IMG/VR virus record: IMGVR_UViG_3300045988_021149
Span: 1 to 29,868 of that record
Length of the DNA: 29,868 bases
Direction: 5' to 3' (one strand)
Source of the DNA: a virus
The notes beneath the pieces were generated by a model. It was given only the letters and a program-made list of their open reading frames with translations, searched no databases and had not been told where the DNA came from. The stretch's first letter is position 1, and each line of letters begins with the position of its first letter. A program made the translations under genes and the position numbers. Below are positions 18,164 to 26,657 of the stretch, piece after piece.

Positions 18164-18879
18164 TGGCATGGCAAAACTTTCACGGAGCTTACGATAACAC
18201 AGGGCCATACGCAAACGTAGTATTAGGTGGAAATCCAGGCGATACCGCAGACTTTGGATTCCCACTTGCTACCGCCCATGCTAAAGGCTATGGAAAAGGT
18301 ATCAACTTTTCAGATGATGGAAACTATGGTGTTACCTTCACATTAGATTTAGTTGGATATGGTGTAACAGATGCTGGTCAATATACAGGAAACGGAAAGT
18401 ATGTACAGTATGGCGGAAGATACAACTATATTTTGATCATTAGCGTTTCTAACAACAATAAAGCCTCATGGAGAGAGATTTACAATCAAGTAATATTCTC
18501 TCATGCAGATACATGGCCATTAGCTTATTCATCAGGTTGGGAAACAGTAGCACAAAATAGTCAATGGAGTGGTAAGCTACAACTTCCGACAGATACAACA
18601 CACGTTAAAGTTGAATTAAGAGGTGAAGATGCTACATTACCTTACGAGAATATATATTCTATTCAACAAGTTATCCCTGATTTTAGACCATGGGCAGTAA
18701 GAAAAGGTAAAGTGTTCTATTCTTTGGATAGAGCTACAGGATGGTTTAAAAAGAGAGTTAAAGGCTCTTGGGCCACTATTGGCAAATATAGTGCTGATAA
18801 AGCGAATAAAGAAAACCAAGGGTCAAGTAGAATCAGAAAAAATGGTAAATGGGTAGGACAAGGCAAAATTGGTAGTTAG
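18163..18879 (+). CDS. Tail-tip/baseplate-associated hypothetical protein (238 aa)
   Basis: TAATG-coupled to the upstream gene. Gly/Tyr/Trp-rich, probably beta-rich. The basic C-terminus carries repeated G(K/S)W motifs (RKGKVFYSL…KGSWATIG…KNGKWVGQGKIG). Confidence 0.45.
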   Translation: MAWQNFHGAYDNTGPYANVVLGGNPGDTADFGFPLATAHAKGYGKGINFSDDGNYGVTFTLDLVGYGVTDAGQYTGNGKYVQYGGRYNYILIISVSNNNKASWREIYNQVIFSHADTWPLAYSSGWETVAQNSQWSGKLQLPTDTTHVKVELRGEDATLPYENIYSIQQVIPDFRPWAVRKGKVFYSLDRATGWFKKRVKGSWATIGKYSADKANKENQGSSRIRKNGKWVGQGKIGS

Positions 18880-18887
18880 GAGTAAAT

Positions 18888-21179
18888 ATGATTCCTTACT
18901 TTGAAATATTAGAATTTGGAAAAGTTAAGAAAAGATTCAGAGAGGCTTTAAGCACAATCAGTTTTTCAAACGAGTTAATGACAGTACCTGAAATGCAAAT
19001 CACAATTCCTAACGAATACTACGATTTAATCTCAGGAAGAAAAGAAATGAGGGTAATCATGGATTGTGGAGTTTTCTACGGAATGATTACCAACTATAAA
19101 CCCTCTGTAAGTGGTTTAAACATATCTCTAACGCATGTAATCAACGAATGGGAATACAGACAAGTCCCAACAAATTATGCGGTTAAAAACGCTCTTATAA
19201 AGAACGTATACGAAAGCGAAGATATGTATTATTCGACTCAGTGGAAGATGAACTTTGAAACTGAGATTGATAACGAAAAGATTGACTATGTTTATTCTAG
19301 ACAATCTAAATTGGATGCACTTACTAAAACTTGTGAATTGACACAATCTGTTTATTGGAGAGTTCCATTTACAAATGATAAGCAAGTTGAAGTTGGATAT
19401 TTTGGAAAGAAACAACCTGTTATGCTTTCTAATAAACCAACGTTAGGAAGAAACTACAGAATCATTGGTGAGCCAACAATGGAAACCAATTTTTCGGATG
19501 TTATTAACTTAGCTACAGTTTATGCTAATAAATCTGATAGTGGTATGTCCTCTTTGTCATTAAGAGAAGTATATAACGATAAAAGCTTACAGAACCCTAA
19601 GTTTCCTGTAGTTATTTTGAGATCAAACATAAATAACGAGCGTGATTATGAATATGTAGACTTTCCTAAATTAGCTCCTAACAATCAATTGGAGTATTCG
19701 ATTGTTGATACGGAATCAGTTGGATATGAAAGCGGTGTATTCATTGAAGGAACATTTGCTTTTGATGATTTATCGCCATTTAGTCTAGAGGACATGACAA
19801 AAGACTCTAAAGACTATAAATGGGTAATTCCTAAAGAACAAAGATTTTTGACGGATACAGAGGAAATAAACAACGCTAAAGCCTTATGGCACTCTTTAAA
19901 AGACATTTGGAGCAAATCTGCTATTGCTGCTTTATGTGGTTCGTGTCACGTAGAATCAACCTTAAACCCTAACTTGTATCAAATGGGTGATGTTCCTGAT
20001 TCTCAAAAAGGATTTGGATTGGTTCAATGGACTCCGTACACACGAATCACCAATTGGCTTGGTTCTCATGGATATTCAAGCTACACAATGTACGGAAAAG
20101 GGGAAGTAGCTAAGTTAGTTGAAGAATGGTCAACAAACGCTACAAATGGGCCTTGGATTCCTACTCCTTCATATAACATTACATTCCAACAATGGTCACA
20201 CATGGAAGCCGATATGAATTACATGGTAATGGCTTTTATGGCAGATTATGAACGTGGTGATACATCTATTGATTTACAGTATCAAAAACGTATTGAATTT
20301 GCTCAACGTATTTATGGCTTGATTCCTGAGTGGGAACAAGACGATAACGGAACTACAACCGATACGGATAAAACACAATCTCGTCCTTGGAACGCTCAGA
20401 ATTTTATCAACACATGGAATGGTCAATCTATCGACATGGATGGTGTACCTCCTGAGCAACCATATCAATGTGTAGATGCTTGGAAAAAAGCATTGCAGAC
20501 ATTAAATTATCCTGACCCAACGAGAGCTATTGGCGGTGATGGATATGCAGATTACATTTGGTATAACAGAGATGAATTAGGCTATTCTCAATTCTTTGAT
20601 TATGTTGATACACCTCAATTTGGTGATTGGTGCATATTCGGTAGAGGTGGTGACACACCTGCATCACACGTTGCGATGTACGTTTCAGATGCTGGTAATG
20701 GTAGAGCTAATTTCTTTGGCCAAAACCAACCTTATCCGTATTGCAATACCACAACAATAAGTACATCAAATATCATTGGTATTTTCAGAGTAAAGAGTGT
20801 TTATGTACAACAGAACATTGATCCTGAGTCTACAAACGGAACTACTATCATTACTGATAGCGATAGAATTTATGCGGCCAAGGTTGTATATGATTGTGCT
20901 TGTAGAAAACTAATTAATGCAAGAAGAAAGTTTTCTATCAACGTTTCTTGTGAAGCATTACCTAAAGAAGTAAACGTAGGCGATAGAATCAGATTTATTT
21001 ATGATCTAAATCTATTGCAATTAGGAAGTTGTAACAGATACATGAAACGTATTCTAAAACAAGATGATTGGTTCTATATCACAAACATACAAAGAGAAAT
21101 AGATAAAACAGGAATTGAAATAGACACATTGACTCTAGAGAAATTCCTAAGAACAGATAGAGACGGAAAGAGTGGTTAG
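18888..21179 (+). CDS. Tail-associated lysin (Tal-type tail protein) with an inserted lysozyme-like domain and a CHAP domain
   Basis: 763 aa. The N-terminal ~300 aa look like a siphovirus minor structural/prophage-tail N-region. IAALCGSCHVESTLNPN…GFGLVQWTPYTR (about nt 19900-20330) matches the phage tail lysozyme pattern (…ES..nP…G.GL.QWT). PYQCVDAWKK … ASHVAMYVSD … FFGQNQ (about nt 20440-20800) matches the CHAP Cys-His signature. Confidence 0.8.
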   Translation: MIPYFEILEFGKVKKRFREALSTISFSNELMTVPEMQITIPNEYYDLISGRKEMRVIMDCGVFYGMITNYKPSVSGLNISLTHVINEWEYRQVPTNYAVKNALIKNVYESEDMYYSTQWKMNFETEIDNEKIDYVYSRQSKLDALTKTCELTQSVYWRVPFTNDKQVEVGYFGKKQPVMLSNKPTLGRNYRIIGEPTMETNFSDVINLATVYANKSDSGMSSLSLREVYNDKSLQNPKFPVVILRSNINNERDYEYVDFPKLAPNNQLEYSIVDTESVGYESGVFIEGTFAFDDLSPFSLEDMTKDSKDYKWVIPKEQRFLTDTEEINNAKALWHSLKDIWSKSAIAALCGSCHVESTLNPNLYQMGDVPDSQKGFGLVQWTPYTRITNWLGSHGYSSYTMYGKGEVAKLVEEWSTNATNGPWIPTPSYNITFQQWSHMEADMNYMVMAFMADYERGDTSIDLQYQKRIEFAQRIYGLIPEWEQDDNGTTTDTDKTQSRPWNAQNFINTWNGQSIDMDGVPPEQPYQCVDAWKKALQTLNYPDPTRAIGGDGYADYIWYNRDELGYSQFFDYVDTPQFGDWCIFGRGGDTPASHVAMYVSDAGNGRANFFGQNQPYPYCNTTTISTSNIIGIFRVKSVYVQQNIDPESTNGTTIITDSDRIYAAKVVYDCACRKLINARRKFSINVSCEALPKEVNVGDRIRFIYDLNLLQLGSCNRYMKRILKQDDWFYITNIQREIDKTGIEIDTLTLEKFLRTDRDGKSG

Positions 21180-21181
21180 TT

Positions 21182-21676
21182 ATGGATATTAGTAAGGCGA
21201 TAAATATATTAGCTGATAGTGTCTATGATTTGAAAGAAAAAGGAAGATACAATTCCATTCAACGTAGAAACCATATAGTTGATTTTTATGGGTACGAGTT
21301 CCCTAGATGGGGATGTTCAAGTTCTAAACCAGCGGTAATAGGAATGTCAATTTCTCAGGATTTGATTTATTATGAGCGTTTTGAGTTTAAACTAGTAATA
21401 GATAATTCTACTGCTACAAACTTTAATGTTGAGATTGAAGGAATAGACATGACACCATATTTCAAGCAGCAATTCAACGGAGCGTGGATTACAGGCAATG
21501 GACTATGGCCTGGGCAATACTCGAATTTTGATGTTCTTAAAGCTTGTGGGTATCTTTCAGAGGATGAGAGAAATAGAATATTAGATCCAGGATATAAAAC
21601 AATCAAAGTAACAGGAAACGGAAATTTTGATTGTACGTTAGTAAATTATCTTAAATATAGTCATGTAAACAGATAG
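21182..21676 (+). CDS. Hypothetical tail protein (164 aa)
   Basis: Tightly packed after Tal. No motif recognised. Confidence 0.45.
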   Translation: MDISKAINILADSVYDLKEKGRYNSIQRRNHIVDFYGYEFPRWGCSSSKPAVIGMSISQDLIYYERFEFKLVIDNSTATNFNVEIEGIDMTPYFKQQFNGAWITGNGLWPGQYSNFDVLKACGYLSEDERNRILDPGYKTIKVTGNGNFDCTLVNYLKYSHVNR

Positions 21677-21685
21677 GAGGTATCT

Positions 21686-21865
21686 ATGAATAGATATGAA
21701 CAAAGGATTGAAAACCTATCAAATCATGTAAAACAAAATCCTAGAGATTGGCAGTCTGCCATATCGCTATTGAAATTGAACAGTCAACAAATTGACTTTA
21801 AAAGAAAACAAAAACAACAGTCTGCTAGATTGTCTATCAAAGCATACAAAAAGGAGGTTGTGTAG
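21686..21865 (+). CDS. Small basic protein (59 aa), not in the ORF track
   Basis: ATG 21686 lies 5 nt after AGGAGG (21675-21680). TAG 21863-21865 abuts the next ATG. Sequence begins MNRYEQRIENLSNHVKQNPRDWQSAISLLKLNSQQIDFKRKQKQQSARLSIKAYKKEVV. Confidence 0.45.
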   Translation: MNRYEQRIENLSNHVKQNPRDWQSAISLLKLNSQQIDFKRKQKQQSARLSIKAYKKEVV

Positions 21866-22333
21866 ATGGAAAACAAATATAGCACTTCGGGAATTGGAGA
21901 AGATATTATCCGTAGTTTTACACAAATTGCAAGTGCAGAACTACACGCTAAAACCTTATTAGAAAAACGTATTTCTGAGGTTGAAAACGGATTGATTAGT
22001 GAAGAAGAAATTCCTGATAATTTAGAAAAGATTGAAGCACTAAAGGATGAAATTGATGATTATGCCAATATCAGACGTTCTCAAATGCTTTATCTATACA
22101 ATTCTTTTGGCGGCAAAGGGGATAGAGAACAGTGGTGTTTAGTTAAACATTTAAGTATGGCTATGTACACTGCATTTGAAGCATATCAAGCTTCGGATAG
22201 AGACCCTGAATTATTGAATATCGCTTTGGAGATTAACAAGAAGTTTATTGAAGCTTGTACAAAATTCTTAGGTGTAGAAATTACATCTTGTGCATCTTGT
22301 TTCGCAGACATTATGAAAGCTGGAGGAAAATAA
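21866..22333 (+). CDS. Hypothetical, probably helical protein (155 aa); possible fibre assembly factor by position
   Basis: AAGGAGG lies upstream (21851-21857). Acidic, ends in CASCFADIMKAGGK. No family recognised. Confidence 0.45.
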   Translation: MENKYSTSGIGEDIIRSFTQIASAELHAKTLLEKRISEVENGLISEEEIPDNLEKIEALKDEIDDYANIRRSQMLYLYNSFGGKGDREQWCLVKHLSMAMYTAFEAYQASDRDPELLNIALEINKKFIEACTKFLGVEITSCASCFADIMKAGGK

Positions 22334-22334
22334 T

Positions 22335-22997
22335 ATGCAACCTGTAGTATGTAATAAAGATATGGCGGTAGTATTTCCTTTAAAAGATGGTGATTGCGAA
22401 TTTTGGCTAGAAATCGTTGATTCTGTAGATGATATTACAAATCCAAGTAGAGACCATGCGTATGTTGATTCAAAAGGATTGTTCTATATCTACAATGGAA
22501 AAGAAATTCAAGTAATCAATGACCATGCCAATTTGAAAATCAAATGGGGAAATATGATTGGCGATATTTCTAATCAATTGGATTTAATTGAAATTCTAAA
22601 TCAATTCGTAAAGACAATTTCTGTAAATGGAACAAACATTGCCAAAGACAACGACAAAAACATTGCTATTCAAGTTCCTATCACAACTATTAAATTAGAT
22701 GGAAACACGATTAGTCCTGTTGATTATATTGTCAATTTAGATTTAGCTAGTGTTTATGCAAAGAAAACTGAAATCCCTAAAAATGTATCTGAGCTTGAAA
22801 ATGATGCTGGATATATTAAACAAGAAGTTGTAGATCAGTTAGTTCCTATCAAAACAATCAAGGTCAACAACGTAACGATACCACCTGATGAAAACCATGC
22901 AGTAAATATCGAATCAATTCGTTATAAAGTTGGAACTTCTGACCCAAACACAACAAATTGCCCTAACGGATATTTCTACTTTCAGATAGGAGACTAA
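22335..22997 (+). CDS. Tail fibre protein with three short beta-repeat units
   Basis: KWGNMIGDISNQLDL and VSELENDAGYI are motifs common in Gram-positive phage fibres (from memory). There are three repeats: VKTISVNGTNIAKDNDKNIAIQV, TTIKLDGNTISPVDYIVNLDL and IKTIKVNNVTIPPDENHAVNIE. Confidence 0.55.
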   Translation: MQPVVCNKDMAVVFPLKDGDCEFWLEIVDSVDDITNPSRDHAYVDSKGLFYIYNGKEIQVINDHANLKIKWGNMIGDISNQLDLIEILNQFVKTISVNGTNIAKDNDKNIAIQVPITTIKLDGNTISPVDYIVNLDLASVYAKKTEIPKNVSELENDAGYIKQEVVDQLVPIKTIKVNNVTIPPDENHAVNIESIRYKVGTSDPNTTNCPNGYFYFQIGD

Positions 22998-23000
22998 TCC

Positions 23001-24491
23001 ATGGCTTATGTAGGTTATAACTTGGCATTACTAGCAAATCATCAAATTTGGTCATACAGTGGCAGATGCAATATGTATTTCCAAGTATACGCATGGAGCG
23101 AACAAGATGCTATAAATAATAGGTCTACAGTCCATACAAGAACTAGGATTTTAGTTGAAAATAAAAACCCAAGCTATTCAGGTTATCGTGTTGAACAAGA
23201 TTGGTCAGCTGGTGTTACAGGAGCGCCGAATTACAGTAGCCATGCTACATTAACAGATGGTGGTGCTGGTACGAGCAAGGAATATATTCTACAAAACGGT
23301 TCATTTACAGTTGGCCACGATTCTAATGGTAATGCATCAAGTAAAGTATATTATTGGTTTAATGGAACATATACAGGAGCTATAGGTAGCCCTACAAACA
23401 CAAATATAGTAGACATCTCGCTTCCTAATATTGATAGAACCGCAGACAAGGCAACAATAAGCAATGTTGGAAGTACATACAAAACAATGTATTGTACAAT
23501 TTCTGTTCCGTTTTATTCTGAGGAAAACCAATGGAGTCGTGATGGGAAAACATGGACGGATTGGAATAAAGTAATAAAAGCAGATACGCCTTTTGTAGAT
23601 ACATGGACAGGATTAAAGCCGAACACAAAATACACTGGATATTATCGCTTCAAAAGAAAATACAATGGAGTTTGGAGTGAAACAGTCGATTTTACTGCAA
23701 CAACTAAATATCCTAATGCGCCTTCAAAAGGAAGTGTTTCTTTAAGCTCGGTAACGTCCAATTCTGCAAAAGTTAGTTGGAGTGGATTCTCATTAGGAGA
23801 CATGGCCACTGATTATTCTTATCAAACATCTAATGATGAAAAAAAATGGACAGACCAAGGTAAAGCAACAAGCTTAACTCTTAGTGATTTGAAACCTAAT
23901 ACAAACTATAAATTCTATGTAAGAATGGTCGATAACTATGGTCAACCTTCGTTAGCAGCTAGTACATCATTTACAACATTGAACCATGAAAAACCAAACG
24001 TAGGTGGTATTGAATGTACACGGTTAACACCGTATGGCGGTATGTTTGCTTGGTATGGATTCTCTGTAAATGAAGGAGCAACAATAGATCACTATGAATA
24101 TTCACTAGACAATTCAAATTGGATTAATGTGGGAACTGATACGCAAATTCATTTAGACAATTTAAGCCCTGAAACAAGTTATACATTATACGTTCGTGTA
24201 GTTGATAACTTCGGTTCTAAATCAGATAGTGCTACATGCGATTTTAAAACATTGGTTGACCAATTTAAACTTGCGTACAATACAAATTTGTATCAAACAG
24301 AAATTCTAACTAAAGACGGAGTAGACATCTTGGCTAAGAATGGAGTTAACTTGATTGTTGATACAATTGGAAAAGAGCGATTAAGGACTGCCAAGGTTTT
24401 CTACAACGACAATGGAGTTATAAAGAAAATAAAAGCAGTTTACTACAACAAAAAAGGTAATATTCAACACTATAAAAGCTATGAAAATTAA
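23001..24491 (+). CDS. Tail fibre / receptor-binding protein with three tandem FN3-like domains
   Basis: 496 aa. The N-terminal domain has the siphovirus fibre-like pattern (…SEQDAINNRSTVHTRTRILVEN…NGSFTVGHDSNGNASSKVYYWF). Three ~90-aa repeats each end in L.PNT.Y.F/GYY(R/V)…D..G..S…F.T (about nt 23440-24255). Confidence 0.65.
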   Translation: MAYVGYNLALLANHQIWSYSGRCNMYFQVYAWSEQDAINNRSTVHTRTRILVENKNPSYSGYRVEQDWSAGVTGAPNYSSHATLTDGGAGTSKEYILQNGSFTVGHDSNGNASSKVYYWFNGTYTGAIGSPTNTNIVDISLPNIDRTADKATISNVGSTYKTMYCTISVPFYSEENQWSRDGKTWTDWNKVIKADTPFVDTWTGLKPNTKYTGYYRFKRKYNGVWSETVDFTATTKYPNAPSKGSVSLSSVTSNSAKVSWSGFSLGDMATDYSYQTSNDEKKWTDQGKATSLTLSDLKPNTNYKFYVRMVDNYGQPSLAASTSFTTLNHEKPNVGGIECTRLTPYGGMFAWYGFSVNEGATIDHYEYSLDNSNWINVGTDTQIHLDNLSPETSYTLYVRVVDNFGSKSDSATCDFKTLVDQFKLAYNTNLYQTEILTKDGVDILAKNGVNLIVDTIGKERLRTAKVFYNDNGVIKKIKAVYYNKKGNIQHYKSYEN

Positions 24492-24507
24492 ATAGGAGGT
24501 ACATATA

Positions 24508-25335
24508 ATGGGAGTTAGAATACAAGAATTGCCTGAAACAACAGGCATTAACAAGGAAGATTTATTGATCGTTGAAGATGGACAAGGAACTAAAAAAGGT
24601 ACTGTTCAACAGTTAGATGAAGCACTAGGGGTTAGTCAACTAAAGGAAGATTTAATTGAGCAATTAACATCGTTATCTGTTTGGAATAATAAGAAATATG
24701 TAAGCTACGGCGATAGCATAACATGGTATGATGGACATGATTACCCAAACGGTGAATTATGTATCGGCTATCAAAGTATCATGAATGAACAAATAGGTTT
24801 TAATTTAATCAACAATCAAGGTTATAGTGGCTATTCGTTAGCTGATGGAACATCACATGGCACTGGTGTTGTCACTGAAATTTTAAAAAATAATAATACT
24901 ACATATGATTTATGCACAATTGCTTGTGGGACAAATGATTTTAAATTAAATGTTCCTATTGGCGAATTAGGTATTATTGGTGAAAATGATTTTGATAGAA
25001 ACACATTCTATGGAGCGTATAGAACCGCTATAGAATATTTATTAAATCAAAAACCTGCTTTGCGTATAGTATTATTTACTCCTTTACAAAGAGATAATGA
25101 TGGTTATGATGTTAATAAGATAAATACAGCTGGATACAAATTGATTGATTATGTAAACGCAATTAAAAAAGTTGGTGAATTATATGGACTGCCAGTATGT
25201 GACATGTATTCTAATAGTGGTTTTACAAAATTGACACTAGATACATACACTATTGATGGATTACATCCTAACAACAATGGCTTTAAGCGCATGGGTAACT
25301 ATGCAACAAAATTTGTTAATTCGATTGGATTATAG
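24508..25335 (+). CDS. SGNH/GDSL-family hydrolase (esterase) with a phage fibre-type N-terminal segment
   Basis: Block I YVSYGDSITWYD, block II-like GYSGYSLADG, block III ACGTNDF and block V IDGLHPNNNG. The N-terminal 50 aa (MGVRIQELPETTGINKEDLLIVEDGQGTKKGTVQQL) resemble virion-attachment N-termini of Gram-positive phage fibres or tailspikes. Confidence 0.75.
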   Translation: MGVRIQELPETTGINKEDLLIVEDGQGTKKGTVQQLDEALGVSQLKEDLIEQLTSLSVWNNKKYVSYGDSITWYDGHDYPNGELCIGYQSIMNEQIGFNLINNQGYSGYSLADGTSHGTGVVTEILKNNNTTYDLCTIACGTNDFKLNVPIGELGIIGENDFDRNTFYGAYRTAIEYLLNQKPALRIVLFTPLQRDNDGYDVNKINTAGYKLIDYVNAIKKVGELYGLPVCDMYSNSGFTKLTLDTYTIDGLHPNNNGFKRMGNYATKFVNSIGL

Positions 25336-25363
25336 TTGACTAAATAAGAATTTATTTAATTTG

Positions 25364-25397
25364 TTACTTGTGCTTGATTATTTTAAGCACGTGTAGT
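25364..25397 (+). terminator. Weak interrupted hairpin after the SGNH gene (possible leaky terminator)
   Basis: GTGCTT (25370-25375) pairs with AAGCAC (25385-25390), with outer extension TTAC/GTAG. It is followed by aagtttaattt, only a poor U-tract. Confidence 0.3.
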
Positions 25398-25421
25398 AAG
25401 TTTAATTTAGGAAAAATGCAT

Positions 25422-25465
25422 AAAAAAAGAAGTTGGAATTGTCCGCTAAAACATCATCCAACTTC
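25422..25465 (-). terminator. Intrinsic terminator oriented for minus-strand transcription
   Basis: GAAGTTGGA (25429-25437) pairs with TCCAACTTC (25457-25465), a 9-bp stem with a 19-nt loop. A7 lies on the plus strand immediately upstream (25422-25428), which gives a U7 tail on the minus strand. There is no U-tract on the plus side. Confidence 0.4.
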
Positions 25466-25491
25466 AACCTGTAACAGGTCGTTTTTATTAT
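25463..25491 (+). promoter_or_regulatory. Candidate sigma-A-type promoter for the recombinase gene
   Basis: TTCAAC (25463-25468), a 17-nt spacer, then TATTAT (25486-25491), about 50 nt upstream of ATG 25542. Confidence 0.3.
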
Positions 25492-25541
25492 ACCATAATT
25501 TCGACCGTTGACTATATTTTTTTATGCCAGGAGGAGAAATT

Positions 25542-26537
25542 ATGAAAGAACAATTTGTGAATGAATTTATTTCGTCTTTATCAGATGATTTTGATAAAGA
25601 TATTTTAAGTGTATTGTTTAAGAAGTTAACTGTATTTGTTAACGGTTATGAAATAAAGCCTATTGAAACATCTGTAGCACTTTATACAAATTATATGCCT
25701 GAGTGCTATCAAACATACTTCGTAACAAGAAAGATTGAAGGAATGAGTATGAAGTCTTTGGAGATGTACGATCTTTACTTAAAAGATTTTTTTAGACAAG
25801 TACATAAGCCTATTAAAATGATTACTACAAACGATATTAGAGTTTATCTGTATAAAGTTCAGACTCAAAGAGGAATAAGCAACAGAAGTCTAGATGCTAG
25901 AAGAACTGTTATCAACGCTTTCTTTGAATGGTGTTGCAATGAAGAATATATAAATCGTAACCCATGTAGAAATATTAAGAAAATCAAGTATGAAGAAAAA
26001 GAACGCAAGCCATTATCATCCATAGAACTGGAAGAATTAAGAAATGCTTGTGTAACGCTAAGAGATAAAGCTCTTTTTGAATTGTTGTATTCGACTGGGT
26101 GTCGTGTTTCAGAAGTTGTAAACTTAAATAAAGCAGATGTTAATTTTGAAACTAAAGAAGTTGTATTATTTGGTAAAGGCAATAAACATAGAACATCATA
26201 CATAAATGCAAGAGCAGAGATTGCTTTAAAGAATTATCTTAATTCTAGAAATGATGATAATAAAGCGTTGTTTGTTTCATACAGAAAACCACATAAGAGA
26301 TTATCGAAATTTGGAATCGAGAAAAGAATAGGACAACTTGGAGAATTAGCTGGAATTGAACGTAGGATATTCCCTCACTTGATTAGACATACAACTGCTA
26401 CAGATGGTTTGAATCGTGGCATGGGTGTTGAGGAAGTCCAAGCTATTTTAGGGCATGAAAACATTGCTACAACAATGATTTATGCTAAAATATCTAAGAA
26501 CAATGTAAAATTACATCACACAAAATGTATTGTATAA
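25542..26537 (+). CDS. Tyrosine site-specific recombinase (XerC/XerD-like phage integrase family)
   Basis: Complete catalytic set: STGCRVSE (Arg), GKGNKHR (Lys), PHLIRHTTAT (His-x-x-Arg) and LGHENIATTMIY (His…Tyr). SAM-like core-binding region (SLEMYDLYLKDFF…RTVINAFFEWC). Start assigned to ATG 25542, 5 nt after AGGAGGAG (25529-25536), rather than the track ATG at 25524. Confidence 0.85.
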   Translation: MKEQFVNEFISSLSDDFDKDILSVLFKKLTVFVNGYEIKPIETSVALYTNYMPECYQTYFVTRKIEGMSMKSLEMYDLYLKDFFRQVHKPIKMITTNDIRVYLYKVQTQRGISNRSLDARRTVINAFFEWCCNEEYINRNPCRNIKKIKYEEKERKPLSSIELEELRNACVTLRDKALFELLYSTGCRVSEVVNLNKADVNFETKEVVLFGKGNKHRTSYINARAEIALKNYLNSRNDDNKALFVSYRKPHKRLSKFGIEKRIGQLGELAGIERRIFPHLIRHTTATDGLNRGMGVEEVQAILGHENIATTMIYAKISKNNVKLHHTKCIV

Positions 26538-26542
26538 GTTAT

Positions 26543-26579
26543 AGGACGTGCTACATAAAATGTACGTCCTTTTCTTTTC
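26543..26579 (+). terminator. Intrinsic terminator after the recombinase gene
   Basis: AGGACGTGC (26543-26551) pairs with GTACGTCCT (26562-26570), one pair being G-U. 10-nt loop, followed by TTTCTTTTC. Confidence 0.65.
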
Positions 26580-26657
26580 ATTATATAATTGAGATGCCAT
26601 AAAACAGTACCTCAGAAAATATGAGAGAGATGAAATATTTTTTGGAGGTGTAAATTT

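Noticed and set aside
22335-24491. Diversity-generating retroelement targeting the fibre genes
   Set aside because: There is no reverse transcriptase ORF in the window, and I found no template/variable repeat pair.
22335-25335. Shufflon or invertible tail-fibre switch driven by the adjacent tyrosine recombinase
   Set aside because: There are no minus-strand fibre gene fragments, no alternative C-terminal cassettes, and no repeated inverted crossover sites within or around the fibre genes.
25490-25499. ATACCATAAT shared between the recombinase upstream region and the 17-bp palindrome at 28912
   Set aside because: By my rough estimate, 10-mer matches among the AT-rich intergenic regions are expected several times by chance. 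This is not enough to link the two loci.
25522-25529. TTATGCCA (reverse complement of the TGGCATAA repeat unit) at the recombinase RBS, and TGCCATAA at 26596-26603, considered as inverted recombination partners flanking the recombinase or lysis genes
   Set aside because: The same 8-mer also occurs inside coding sequence at 3999-4006 and 15607-15614. Single extra copies are therefore at chance level. Only the triple tandem copy is reported.
25524-25541. ORF-track starts at 25524 (recombinase), 15593 (Dit-like) and 7695 (small protein)
   Set aside because: Downstream in-frame ATGs (25542, 15614, 7713) have a proper SD or TAATG/ATGA coupling. The upstream ATGs lack an SD, and the 25524 ATG lies upstream of the AGGAGGAG that serves 25542.
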